Assembly: GCA_013239625.1 (NCBI GenBank)
Contig: MU053810.1
Coordinates: forward strand, 2,181,518-2,245,517
DNA length: 64,000 nucleotides
From: Lama guanicoe
Taxonomy: Eukaryota
Direction of reading: 5' to 3'
The translations under genes and the position numbers were made by a program. Positions 39,248 through 52,035 of this stretch are shown here, piece after piece. The notes beneath the pieces are model-generated. The model was not told where the DNA came from and searched no databases. It saw only the letters and a program-made list of their open reading frames with translations. Numbering within the stretch: the first letter of the stretch is position 1; the number at the start of each line of letters is the position of its first letter.

Positions 39248-39400
39248 GGGGGGAGGGTGTAGCTCAAGTGGTAAAGTACATGTTAAGCATGCACAAGGTC
39301 CTGGGTTCAATCCCCAGTACTGCCATTAAACAAATAATTAAATAAATAGATCTAATTACCTAACCACCCCCCCCACAAAAAAAACTAAAAAAAAAAAAAA
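39248..39400 (+). mobile_element. tRNA-Ala-derived camelid SINE, copy 3
   Basis: GGGGGGAGGGTGTAGCTCAAGTGGTAAAGTACATGTTAAGCATGCACAAGGTCCTGGGTTCAATCCCCAGTAC plus poly-A; degenerate TSD aacactgaatgtt / aaccactggaagtt. Confidence 0.9.
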
Positions 39401-42010
39401 CCACTGGAAGTTGCTTTCTTACCTTTCTTGACTTTAAAAAAAAAATCTTATGTTTGCTGAATATATAAAAAAGAAAGAAAGAAAAACCCTGTGTCAGTTG
39501 TTCAGGTCCACATAAGGCCAAATTGCTTCATACGCTATAATTTTGCTACCAGTTCACAATTAGCATGCATGTCTCATGCATGAGTTGACCCAATTACATA
39601 ACAAATTTTGCCTCTGGGGACTTCTCCTGACTGCTTGTCTTCTGTCACCATACGACTCAATTTCACACCATCAGCAGCCTGAACGTGGCCACAGTCAGCC
39701 TCTGTCAAAATGATTTATTTAAATTACAAACAGAGACCAGATCCCTAGGTAATCCTCCCTACCCTCTTGCTCACCCTAACACTCAACCTAACTTTGAATC
39801 AAATCTTTCAGTGGTCCATAGGTACTCCTATTCAATTATTAGGCCATGGTTACCGCCAATAATCTAATCTTTTTTTGAGCTAACTCACAAAGTCTCAGGG
39901 ATCTAAGTCAGCGGTATCCACGTGTGCTGATTAATGGGCATATAATTTATTTTTGCATTCTAAGAAGTCAATGAAAAATTATGTAGCTGTCTCAGAAAAC
40001 AAAAATAATTACAATTCAATATCAAATTACAGAAAGACTCTTTTCTATAATGTTTAAAAAAAAAAAAGACTTCAACCTTAACTTTCCTTGTAAAGCAAGT
40101 AGACATTTCTGGGTATTCTAAAAGTGAAAATGGTAGTAAAACACACTATTTAGGAAACAGGATAGGTAATCAAAATTATAGATACTTACAGGGTGTGTAT
40201 AGATACAGAATACAGAGCAGGTGAACACACTCCTGTCTGTTTTGTCTGGGGGCCAGTGATCTAAGGAAAGGGAGTTCTAAGGATTCCCACTGACACCAAC
40301 ACACACAGGCACACAGGCACACACACACACACAAGTACTCCCGCTGTGAGTCAAGGCACAAATCTTAATGAATCACATAATAGTATGCTTACCATTTGAA
40401 TTAGACTGTAAAATACAAGCTTTTGTCATCTGGGTTTTTTTTCCTTCGCCTTCATATAATATTTCTCCATCATCTGAAATAAATTAGAAAATAAACATCT
40501 AGATTTTATCTACAGCACATTTATCAGAGTCTCTCGGGGTTGAACTTCACCATATTACTTCACAACTTATCCCCCAGACTGTCTTAGCTAATTGACAATG
40601 TAGCTTATACGGGTGTGTAAACAGGCAGAATGAAATGCGTTGACAACCTTCTCCAGAATGGACTGTGTCCCACAGATGTCTGGGGGTGATTCAGCCTTGC
40701 TACCCTGCTGCAGGTTTCCTGAACGCACTGCTTATGAACATGAAGGTAGTGACCACGTGAATTAGAAACAGCCTCTACAACTACCCACACAAGCTAGAGC
40801 TATGGGACAACAGAGAAAAGGTTTGTTTTTTTTCTTAAATGTTCAAAGGCACGGGAATTATTCAATTCACGTTTGTATGTTGTCATTTAAGAACACTGTC
40901 CTAAAATATCACTACGTACAGTAACTGAGGAGGTGCACTAGGACATTTCTGCCGTTTCTGAATTTATGCCCTAGAATTTGGTGGGGTAGAGGTATAGGCA
41001 ATCAGAATTTCATGGAAAAAATTTTTCTTTATTTTAGGAATCAGTTTCTTTCCAACTATTCGGTAAATTGTGAAATCCTGCTTATTTTCTTATTCTTTCT
41101 GCAGCTATACTAAGTGAGTAATAGAGCAGAAGTTTAAATTGTAGCATTTAATAACTCCCCAGTGTTCAATATGTTGGCATTATAGACTCTGAAAGAAGCG
41201 AGTTAAGGCTGGATCTACTCTCACCCTGTTCATTGCACACAACTTCAAATTTACTGTTGTATTTAATCCCACACCTCAGTAACAGACACAGACTGAGTGG
41301 GCATTTCCAAATGATTTCAAATCTTTGACAAATGAATATGAGAGTGTCTGAAAGAATTTCATAAAACTGACAGAGACACTAGCAATCAAAAATGCCCATT
41401 CATCCATAGCATATCATCCAAAACACCTAGGAGTTGTCATTAAATCCACTGTTTTATGTCTTTATACTTTCCTAACTCCAAAAGGGATTAAAGGCAGTTT
41501 AGAAAGATCCAGCCAGTATTCCGAGATAAACTAAAAACAAGTAAGAAAATGAAGCAAATGGCAAAATAAGGATTGCCAAGACCCTGACTTAGTTAACCCA
41601 TCTACATCAACCTGTATTAAACTTGGAGCTCAAATCCTAAACCCCTTAGGATTTTCAGGATGAGCCCACTCCATCCCAGCATCTCCAGCAGGAAGATTCT
41701 GGGGTCTCTTCCGTCTGCCCTTTTTTCTCTCAAAACAGACACAATCCAGGCCACTGTCAAAAATATCTGTCTGGAGTTGGCCAATATATTTCAGAGTTTG
41801 GGTTTATCTGAAAACTAGACTAGCCAAAGTACCACCTTTCAGATTAACCCAAGTTTCTTATAGAAAAAAAATAAATCCTTGAGTAATATGGAAAACCTGT
41901 GAGGTTGCGGGAAAAGTTCATGAAGTTGTAGCCTTATAAATGAATAATAAATTCACTAGACCTCAGAATATTTAACAGCTTCTTTTCTTCAAGAGTAAAT
42001 CCCTAACCGC

Positions 42011-42820
42011 TTGTGCGCTGTTGGTCGGATTGTAAATTTGTGCAGCCACTATGGAAACCAATACAGAGGCTCCTCAAAAAATCAAAAATAGAACTAACAT
42101 ATTATCCAGAAATTCCACTTCTGGGAATATATCCAAAAACACTAACTCAAAAAGATATCTGCACTCCCATGTTCATAGCAGCATTATTCACAATAGTCAA
42201 GACATGGAAACAACCTAAGTGTCCACCAAAAGATTAATGGATAAAGAAGTTTTGAGATATATGTACACGTACACACAATGGAATATTATTCAGTCATAAA
42301 AAATGAGGAAAGCCTACCATTTTCAACAATATTGATGGGCCCTGAAGGCATTATACTAAGTGAAATAAGTCAAAGAGACTTATTGACAAATACTGTATGA
42401 TCTCACTTACCTGTGTAATCTAAAACAACAAAGAAACAAAAGACCACACCAAACTCATAGAAAAAAGGATCCATTTGATGGTTACCAGAGGAGTGGGGAG
42501 AGGGAGAACTGGAGGAAGGGGGTCAAAAGGTATAAACCTCCAGTTATAAGGTAAATAAGTACGAGGGATATAATGGACAACATGATTGTATTAGCACTGC
42601 TCTTATGATATACAGGAGAGTTGTTAAGAGAATAGAACCTAAGAGTTCTCATTGCAAAGAGAAATTTTCTTCTTTCCTTGTCATTGTCTCTACATGAGAG
42701 GATGATGTTAACTAAGCCTACTGTGGTCATCACTTCACAATGTACATAAACCAACCATCATGCTGCACACCTTGAACTTATACAGTGATGTATGTCAATT
42801 ATTTCTCAATACAACTGGGG
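42011..42820 (+). mobile_element. L1MA9-like LINE-1 3' fragment (ORF2 end plus 3' UTR)
   Basis: gtgcagccactatggaaa, aattccacttctgggaatatatcc, CTPMFIAALFTI-KTWKQPKCP motif, end tgtcaattatttctcaata; degenerate TSD gagtaaatccctaac / gagtatacccctaac. Confidence 0.9.
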
Positions 42821-43839
42821 GGGGAGTATACCCCTAACAGTAATATTACAAAATTTATATATTTTTAAGGCTATCCAAATATTAATATGCCTCATCATCA
42901 TGGCCAAAAGAACTACTTATATGACTTCTATGGTTGCTAACATCGAGACAATCACACAATTTTTTAAAAGATATTATCTAAATTCCATACTTCTCAAAAG
43001 TCAGTGCTGTGTAAATTATAGGCTTAATCTAAATGGCATTTTGCATACACTACTATGTATATGATAAATATAGACTTACACATACCTGTTATAAGGGTTT
43101 TTGCATATTTAAGAAGGGATCTGCAAACAGCCTCTGGTATTGAATAAAATGTATATTCCTGCTAATGATAAAGGTTGGTGAAATGATCAGTTCTTTTCTT
43201 ATTAAATATGAATATTGACTTAATTTGAATGTAAATTAAAAAGCTTACCTTTGAATCAACTGCAATCCTTACGTTAGCTGTCGGATGTCTTAAGTAGAAA
43301 TGTTTAGTTCTTTTTGAAATAAATGTCTGTGATAGTTGAAGATTTATGATGTAACTTTGTTTTATACAGTGTTATTTTTATTTTTTTTAAAAAATGTTCT
43401 CCAAAAGTGACCCAAGAAAAGAAACATAACTGAATATAACTGCCAGTGGAACATATCTCTAATTTGCATTTTAAAAAACAAAAATAGGATTTTGATTTAA
43501 TGAAAGAATGAAGAGGAAGAAAGACAATGAAAGTGATCTTCAGTATTCATGACTGGTGGGTTGTTGGAATGGGGGTAGGAAAACTGAGGGACGAAAGCCA
43601 TGAATCTTTAAAATTCAAACCTTTCTCTTCAAAGGAAAAAGTTCTTACTGAAATAAAATGTCCATTTAAAGAGCAAACAATGAATAAACCTTAGGGAATA
43701 TGGCAAAACAAAGTGTTTGCTCTGCCTTCTCTCACACCTTAAATAAATATTTTAAAATATCAAATAATTCCATTTTTGAACTTTTGACAAATACAATTAT
43801 TTCGCAACTTATATCCTATGATTCTGTCTACAAATTTTC

Positions 43840-43902
43840 TCTATCCATCTATCTATCTATCTATCTATCATCTATCTATTTATCTATCTGTATGTATGTA
43901 TA
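43840..43902. repeat. (TCTA)n/(TGTA)n compound tetranucleotide microsatellite
   Basis: Direct reading. Confidence 0.9.
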
Positions 43903-44770
43903 TAATGATAATGGCCAAATACAAGTGAGTTTAAAACAATCTGCTAATTAAACATTTCCTGGAAATCAATGCTACATAACTTAAAACACTTAGATATACA
44001 CATTTGGGTGACTGTACAAGTGATACACACAATAGACTTGTAGTGAAAAATGGTATAAATCTCACATATTTGCCCAAACTTTCACATCAGGTACATAGTT
44101 GCTGACTTTAATTCTTATTTCCCCTTGAATACCTAACATTGAACTAATTTTTTTCTGGAAAAAAATGCATGTCAACACACTTCATATAAAACTTTAGAAG
44201 AAACATAATTACATATATGGATCAGAAAAATTAAGAAGAGCTGTTTATCTACCTTTAATAAATACTGGATTAACACATTTTGGTCCCTAGTATGTTTTGA
44301 ACTTCTCTGCTAGTCTCAATTTTCTTTTTCAAGAAAGTCTTATTACTAAACAAGATGCAGCTTTCAAATCCAAAGCAATTTCAAATATAAATGTTTATTT
44401 CAAAAATTAGATGTAATATGTCACTTCAGCAAATACCTAATTTAAAATATGAAATCTTATATACACACAATCAGCAAATATGAGATTTCTCCAGATACCA
44501 ATAACCTTGTATGTATATTTTGTACACTTATCCACAGCAAAAAGTTAACTGATAGGTTTTACTATTTACCTATACAAGTCCTATTTTGAAAAAATTCAAA
44601 AGCTGAGAATCACTCAAAATGGAATAAGATGCTAAATTACAATAACTTCTTTTAATAGCGGTGACTATTATTTCTGAATACACAATTAATTTATATAATT
44701 AAATTGATGTACTAAATCAATTTACTAAACACATCAACTTAAATAAATTACAAGTGTATTCAGAAATATA

Positions 44771-45096
44771 CAGGCATATCTCAGAGATATTGTAGGTTCA
44801 GTTCCAGAGCGGCTCAATAAAGCAAATATCACAATAAAGCAAGTCCCATGAATGTTTTAGTTTCCCAGGGCATATAAAAGTTATGTTAACACTACAGTGC
44901 AGTCTGTTAAGTATGCAACAGCATTATGTCTAAAAAAAACAATGTGCATACCTTAATTTAAAGATGTTTTATTGCTAAAAATGTCTAAACATAATCTGAC
45001 AACAAAGTGTTGCCACAAACCTTCAATTTGTAAAAAAAAAAAAAAATTATCTGTGACGTGTAATAAAGCAAAGCACAACAAAATGATGTATGCCTG
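44771..45096 (-). mobile_element. Tigger1 internal-deletion derivative (TcMar), ~326 bp
   Basis: Terminal inverted repeats CAGGCATA...TATGCCTG, preceded by TA; gagatattgtaggttcagttccaga and gttgccacaaaccttcaatttg are Tigger1 ends. Confidence 0.88.
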
Positions 45097-45304
45097 TTGT
45101 CACTGTTGTTAAAGTGTTAGGCTCCAGACAACTGTGATCAAATCAAAGGGAAGGAATTTAACAGATGAACTTGGCATATTTTCTGAGGACACTGAGAACT
45201 CCTTGCAGCCCATAGCAATAAGAACACTTCCAAGTTGCCCAATTTCACTTTCACACCAGAACTACAAGTTAGGGTATCACGTCACTGAGCAAATGGTCAC
45301 CTAC

Positions 45305-45412
45305 GTTACTGATTTGTTCCTGAGTCCTCTTCAGCCTCTGTAGTTCAGGAGTGTCTGTAACGATGCTGAAGCCCCTCCCTTTGCTTTCTTCAAAATCTCT
45401 TTTGTACTTGAC
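45305..45412 (-). CDS. NEBL: NEBL coding exon specific to the LIM-nebulette (LASP2) isoform (exon 4 of that isoform); nebulin-repeat module
   Basis: Minus strand: long polypyrimidine tract ...ttctactccccttctgttag|GTCAAGTAC...ATCAGTAAC|gtaggt. 108 nt = 36 codons, [36 protein letters not shown], matching the LASP2/LIM-nebulette sequence as I recall it (...[18 protein letters not shown]...EQISN VKYHEDFEK...). Confidence 0.97.
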
Positions 45413-45569
45413 CTAACAGAAGGGGAGTAGAAAAGAAAGAAAGAAAAGGAAGAAAAAGAAAAGGAAACAAAAGAATCACAAATCCCACTCAGGATAGGCC
45501 AGGGCCAAGTAAGCTGCTAAAACTGGAAGCAATGCCTCCAGGCACAGCGCTACCGGCAGGCGGCACAGT

Positions 45570-45805
45570 GCACAGCTAGACTGCTTGCTCTGTGTCCCAG
45601 CAGCCACTGGGCGACCTTAGGCAAGTTACTCAATCACTCTGTGCCACGGTGGTCTCATCCGCAAAATGGTGATAATGACAACAACAATAATAATACTTAA
45701 ATAATGCTATTTAATAGGTTGAATGACAGAATCGAATGTCTTCATTCACATAGGAAGCAAGCCCATAGGAAGCAAGCAAGTGCTCCATAATAGTTATTAT
45801 TATCA
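45570..45805 (+). mobile_element. MIR
   Basis: ctgggcgaccttaggcaagttactcaatcactctgtgcc...ctcatccgcaaaatggtgataat. Confidence 0.75.
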
Positions 45806-47689
45806 ACATTCGTAGTGGTACAACAACTAAAAAAAAATGTGCAAAAAGAAAGCTAAATCTTCCACTCCCATGGCTTGTCCTGTCAGTGACAAAGCATCGT
45901 TTTGAGCCTGGACCACACTATAGAGGAGGGAGGCACACAAGATTATCCACAGCAGCCCTGTCCTAGCAAAGTTTCCCTTCTATTTCATAAGGCAAAGCAT
46001 ATGGATATGGTTATACAATGTTGCACTGCCAAATGTTGAATGTGCAAATGCTTACAGAAATATTTATAAAACAGGCCACACTTAGGGATTAAAAGGCTTC
46101 AGCTCGAGCCCTTGACATACCGTGTGCTGAGGTACCTAACATTTTCCCAGTATTTTAATACATTTCTTTTCTAATTACAACCCAGTGAAGCCAAATTTTA
46201 CAGTTTCATCATGGCACTGGAACAGCTAATGCTTAATCTTACCAGGGCCCCACCTCCTATTATTAGCATAATGACCATAACTGTCACACCAGTTAAATAT
46301 TCTGCTTCTTAATGACTGAGACAGTCACACCAGTTGGACTATTCTTATCTCTTTAAAAGCCTAAATATCAAGAAATATGGAAACATGTCTGATAACCCAT
46401 ATAATCTCCCATTTTCACATTCATAATTATCAGCTTCAAATTAAACTTAAATTAATAATTAACATTTAGGGTGGCTAATTAAAAATAAGATTCCGTGTTA
46501 CTTTCTGTATAAATTTGAAAAGTCCCCTTAGCTGAGCATGGAATGACTGTTTTTGTTGAGTCATGTTTACAGTTAAATATTCAGTTCTTTCAGGCACAAC
46601 TGTCCTTGGGGCTACTGGAAGATTTCCTTTCATCAGAAGAGCTTAAAAGAAAAAAGAAATCCCAGTTGACAATAAATCAAAAGATACAGATACTTTCATC
46701 ACTTTTAGGTGACGAATATCTAATTTTCCCTCCACATTTTCATTTAGATGTATAAAACACTTCCTTGAATTATTTCCATAAATAAAAGGTCAAATAAACT
46801 GTATTATTTTTCTTCTACAGAAAACACTGAATGAGATTAGCCTTCTAACCTTCAATCTCCCAGCATGTGTGAAAATACACAGCAGCACATTCTCAGTGTT
46901 TTATGCCTAACTAAGCAGGGAAGCCATTTAGCTTTGCTCGAACTAAGCACCAGGGCACAGGGTAGGAAAGTAATAAAAGTAAAAAAGATGACAAGATTGT
47001 AACAGCAACAGACACAGAGAAGAAGGAAAATCTATAAGCCAAGTTCTGACATCCTTAACACCAGTTTCAGAGAATCACATATTCTTTTTGTGATTAGCTT
47101 GGGGTTTCTGTTTTTGTTTTTGTTTTTGTTTTTTTAATGGCAATTTCCAGAGAAAGAATTGAAAAGAAAAAAAAAACATTAAATTCCAGAATCCTAGGTT
47201 TTGAGTTAATTATCATTTAACGGTCCTTTCCGCATTCACAAGACACATAAGAATCATCTGACTGGGGCTTGCCTCATTAAATGACTAGTTTCAAAGTGTA
47301 TAATACAATCATCTACATGACTGGTTTACAGAGTTTTAGAAGATGTTTAATCCTTTTTAATGGTGTGATCCACAACCAAGCCTCCTATACACTTAAAACC
47401 AACTCAAGCACCAACCCACCCAGTAAATCTTTACTGCATACAGGCAGCCTTGAAGCCATTAGTCAGCCTCTCTTTTCCATACTCCCAGCCACTTACATCC
47501 TATCTCTCTACTTAGGTCTAATTTTAAATGTTATATCTGATGGCTTTCCAGGTCTGCAGAATCTGAGAGGCAAGTGGATATAAAAAGAGATCAGAGGACA
47601 GGGAGGAATAAGGAGATTCCTCCTTTCAATCTCGTATGTCTCCTTTGCCCTCACAACACGACCAAATCCAGCCAATAAGCGCCCTGCAC

Positions 47690-48021
47690 CCTGGACTCAG
47701 GAACTGACACACACATTACCCAGCATGTGTCCAAGAGCCCACAGCTTGGACTTCGGCAGGAACTCCTGGGAAAGGGGTGCTCTTTCCCCATGGTCTGGCT
47801 AGTCTAGCAGGTGGAAAACTGAAGCGGCTGGCCATCATCTGGCCCCCACCCAATGATGGCGAAGCCCAGAGGCAAGCAAAGCAAGAAGCCAGGAGAGACG
47901 GCTGACAACATCATTCAAGCACCTGGATCCAACTCTTCCTAAAGCCAGAACCACTGGGTTTATCAGTTAAAGTGAACTAATCTCTCCCCTTTTAATAATG
48001 AAAAGAATTCTGATTAATACA
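47690..48021 (+). mobile_element. MLT1K/L-like MaLR LTR remnant
   Basis: ctgacaacatcattcaagcacctggatccaactcttcctaaagccaga...end aagaattctgattaataca. Confidence 0.7.
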
Positions 48022-48164
48022 ACCCACCCGCCCCATCATGCCTGATACACAGGTACAACAGGTTCCCATAACATTAACACATGAATTTCTCCTTGTTTAC
48101 TTCTACGTTCCAGTTCTTCCTATTTGTGATACAAGATTTAACATTTTATAAAAATAGGGAATTG

Positions 48165-48395
48165 TATCAGGGAAAAAGCATTGCTTCAGGGGACAAGAGC
48201 CTAGATTTCTCATCCCATCCTTGTCACTCACCAGTCACCTCACAGGTCTCCTAGCTTCTCTGGGCCAAAGTTTCCTCATCTCTGATTAGAGATTCTGGTA
48301 GCTTCTTAACTAACAAGGCTGCAGGGACTGAATGAGATAAGTCACAGGAAAGAACTTCAGCAAGTATAAGGTGCTGTGCAAATACCCAGCATTAT
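48165..48395 (+). mobile_element. MIR
   Basis: cttctctgggccaaagtttcctcatct...ggactgaatgagataa...aaggtgctgtgcaaat. Confidence 0.65.
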
Positions 48396-49329
48396 CTTCG
48401 TCGTATTGGTTTTGCTTGACTTGAAAGGATTAGCTAATGTCTGCTATGAGATGTCAAAAAGAACAGTTCTATACAATCAAACAGATCATGGTTAATGAAG
48501 CAATATATATCACATTAAGAATCAGCTCTTAGCTTCCATTTACAAATTTTACTAAAGCTATTCTTGGATAGATATTCATTTTTTGTTGGATTCGTGTGAA
48601 CGATCGGACCCCTACAAAACACCTTGGATGTGTCATCTGGTGACCACACAGGTGGCGATGAATCCTGAGCTCCATCTGTGCAGGTGCTGGGTGACAATCT
48701 GTCTTTGCCAAGAGGCACACCACAGGCTGTGCAAATCTGTAAGAACTGTGTGAAGAGCACTCTCGTAAGACCCCTCAGGGTTCCTTGTCACCGACAGAAT
48801 GTTTCCTACCCTCAGCTCTTGGGAAACATAATCCATTTATTCATTAAAGCTCAGCGCCAGCGGTGTGCCTCTGTGAGCTGGACTGGACTGGCCTCCTCCC
48901 AGTCCTGAGCCTCATACCTTGACACCTGCCTATTAGAATGGTTATCACTCTGAATTGCAATGACAATGGAGTCACAGCCCCCAACTGTAGAAGAGATGCA
49001 ACTCAGGGACACAGGCAAAGTTTTACTGAGCTCTGTGATCCAATAACCTAGCACAGCACCTGGCCCATGGAAGTTGATTGATAATGATTAAGAAAGGGAA
49101 GAAGGGAGGGAATGGGGGAGAGAGAAAGAAGAGGACCAGGAGCAGAGAGAGGGTGTGTGGCCCAGATCCAGAGGGAAGAGAGGAACCTCACTTTCAGGGA
49201 CTGAAACATGGCTCTGTCTGGCTGGAGCATCTGAGGGCAGGGGGTGGAAGGAAGGGGAAGAGCCAGGAGATTAGGCTAAGAAACACAGATCTAGATCAGA
49301 TTTGGAAAGAAACTGCTAGCCATGGTGCT

Positions 49330-49695
49330 TACCTCAGTCCATTTGGGCTGCTACAACAAAAATGCCGTGGACTGGGTGGCTTATAAACAACGAAAATTGA
49401 TTTCTCATAGTTCAGGAGGCTGAAGAACCCAAGATCAAGGTGCAAGCAGATTCAATGTGTGGTGAGAGCCTGCTTCCTGGCTCCTAGCTGGCTGTCTACT
49501 CACTGCAGCCTCACGCGGCAGAAGGGACATGGGGGCTCTCGGGATCTCTTTTATAAGGGCACCGATTCCACTTACAAGGGCTCCATCCTCATGGCCTAAT
49601 CACCTCCCAAAGTCCCCACCTCCTAGTATCATCGCACTGGGGATTAGGTTTCAACATACGAATCTCAGGGGGACACAAACATTCGGTCCAGCGCA
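49330..49695 (-). mobile_element. MLT1A-type MaLR solo LTR, near full length
   Basis: tcagtccatttgggctgctacaacaaaaatgcc.tggactgggtggcttataaacaac...aatcacctcccaaag.ccccacctcct...gggggacacaaacattc.gtcca. Confidence 0.9.
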
Positions 49696-49959
49696 TGCTC
49701 TTATATGTTAACTTACTCCACATTTACTCGACAAGTATTCATTAAGCCTTGTATAAGCTGCTCTTAGGAACTCCTGCTCTGTCCCCACTAAAAATGCCTT
49801 TTCTTCCCTTATGCTTCAGCATCGAATATAAAATCACCTCCAGTCTCTTGTCCTCTATTCTATTAGAAAGTATTTTTTGATGATTGCACGAATAACAATG
49901 GCAATATCCTAGGAATGTCATTCTTTGGGATCTCCTCAAGTATTCACCTCCTCAAGCCT

Positions 49960-50260
49960 TTGTTCATTTAACAAATATTTACTGAGCACCTACTAAGTAC
50001 TGTTCCAGGGGTGGGAACAATGCAGCAAAGAAAATAGTCAAGGAGACCTGCCTCATGGAGCTGACATTACAGTGGGGGAGAAAGAAAAGACACAAGATTT
50101 GTATCAGTTGAATAAATGCTAAATCAGTGGTAAGGACTAAGAGAAAAACAAAGCAAGAAGTGACATGAGGAGAGTCAGGGATGCTGCTCTTTCAGACAGG
50201 GTGGTCAGGGATGGCCTCAGCAAGTGAAGACCAGAAGGCAGTGAGGGCTGTAGGCAGAAC
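49960..50260 (-). mobile_element. L2 3' end
   Basis: ttcatttaacaaatatttactgagcacctacta...cctcatggagctgacattacagtggggg...agggtggtcagggatggcctc. Confidence 0.8.
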
Positions 50261-51599
50261 AGCGACATGCTGGACTTCCGGCCTAACAGGCTCTTTCTGG
50301 CCGTGTTAACCTACTGGAGTGAGCAGAACAGAAGCAGGAGACCAGCAAAGGGACAGGCAATTCTGGTCCTCCTTCCCCACTCACCCACTGTTAGAGAACC
50401 GTCTCAGGACCACAGAAGGCAGAGAGAGTTCTTGGGCCCAGCCTCAGATCCTGGCCCCCAGGGAGACTGAGCCAGGTGAGCTACATATGCTTGTTAGAAC
50501 AGGGCAGGAAGGGCACAGGAGGAGGCACACAGGATCAAGACACTACTGTGAGTCCAGAGAACGTGCTGCAGCTGGAAGGGAATGCAGTCCCAGTCTCCAT
50601 TAGCTTATCCCTTCAAGACTAAGTAAAGGCACTTTGAAAAGGCACTTAGAGTCAAATGCAAGAAATATGCACAATAGGCAATCTGATTTGCCGTATTTTT
50701 CTTCAGAAGCAACTTAAAAATGTATTTCAAATACTGAATGCTGCCTAACCCTGACATGTACCAGCAGGTGCATCCACACACACACAGAGTTATCATTCTG
50801 TATTATAGATTAGAACCCTAAGTCAAGAATCAAAAGACCTGAATTTAAACCCTAATTCTGTCCTAGGATCTTAATTTGTTCCACTTCTCTAACACTACTG
50901 ATCCTAAGCTATAAAATGGAAAAAGAAAAGAAAAAAAGCAACATGCCACACGATGTTTGCAGGGTTAACATAAATAACAAGAAAACATCAAGCAGCGACA
51001 TGCCCTTACTAGGTCATTAGCAAATATTAGTCTCCTCCTTCTTACTAAATTTCAAAAATGACCTTTATTGCTTAAGTATGATCATTTCTGTCAACGTGTG
51101 TGTGCTTGCTCAGTGATATTTTGTGTTTGGAGTCATCAGCAAGTAACACTCACAAGTTCAGACAGAGGAAGAACCTGGAAACCAGGAGGGTTCTGACCAG
51201 GCTTAAGAAAAAGGCTCACAATAACTGAAAAGGAAAAGTGAAAAATCAAAAGAGTGAACAGAGCTGCCACTTGAATTATTCGCTAATTCTGAGATATAAG
51301 TTCTCTCCCCCAAAGGCTGCAGTTACCACAATTATTGATACTATAACAATACAAATAAATGAAGAAAATGAAAATGACTAATGAGAAAGGCTATTCTTAG
51401 AAAGAAAGCCACTTCTGATGGTGGGGGAAAAAAAAAAAAGAAAACCAGGTGGAATCAGAGACCTGTACATCATTGAACAATAAACCAAAAGGAGACTAAG
51501 TGTGGCCAAAGACGGGCACATCCTACAAAGATAAGCTCAGCATCTCCTCCACCCTCCTCTCTAATGAACCCTTGCCTTTGAGCATCTGGGGACACAGAC

Positions 51600-52035
51600 C
51601 AGCATGTTCGAAATAACATTTGTATTATCCAAAAAAATTGGAGACAACCTAAATATCCATCCACAGGAGATGAATAAACTGTTGTATATTCATACAGTAT
51701 ACTACCACCCAGGAGTGAAAAATAAATGAACCACAGCCACATGGATCCATGTGGCTGAATCTCAGAAGCGTTTTGTTGAAGGAGAAACAAGCGAGGAACA
51801 CATGCATATGGGGTACATAAATGGGGGGCAGGGGACCTGATAAGCTCATTCCAGGCAGTTGTGAGGAGCTCTGCTCCTGGAAGGAGGCCAGGGAGCCTCA
51901 CTGTCCTTGGTGATGTGCAGGTTCTTAAGTTGGAAGGTAGATTCCCATGCGATCCTTCTGTTATCCTGCTGTAAAAGTGACATGCATGCTCCATATATCC
52001 TTCCGTATTGATCAAATATTTAACAATAAAGTGTT
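51600..52035 (+). mobile_element. L1ME-type 3' UTR fragment
   Basis: ggagacaacctaaatatccatccacaggagatgaataaactgttgtatattcatacagt...atgtggctgaatctcagaa. Confidence 0.8.

Larger units (their letters stand above)
1..45304 (-). other. NEBL: NEBL intron downstream of the LASP2 exon (continues beyond window start, towards the cardiac nebulette exons)
   Basis: Begins with donor GTAGGT at 45304. No further nebulin-repeat exon was recognised. Most L1 and SINE copies are on the + strand (antisense to the host), consistent with a minus-strand transcription unit. Confidence 0.85.

Noticed and set aside
337..40473. Phase-compatible chain of minus-strand pseudo-exons (40393-40473, 25437-25482, 7815-7885, 337-425) giving one open reading frame
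   Set aside because: It needs a phase-1 entry, incompatible with the phase-0 end of the NEBL exon. The peptide resembles nothing I know, several splice sites are weak, and I selected the pieces post hoc.
42013..42237. 74-aa ORF containing CTPMFIAALFTI
   Set aside because: Remnant of the L1 ORF2 C-terminus, not a host gene.
45749..45778. 15-bp tandem duplication CATAGGAAGCAAGC(C/A)
   Set aside because: Ordinary slippage duplication inside a MIR.
51470..52015. Longest ORF in the track (181 aa, minus strand)
   Set aside because: Antisense reading of an old L1 3' UTR; no domain similarity.
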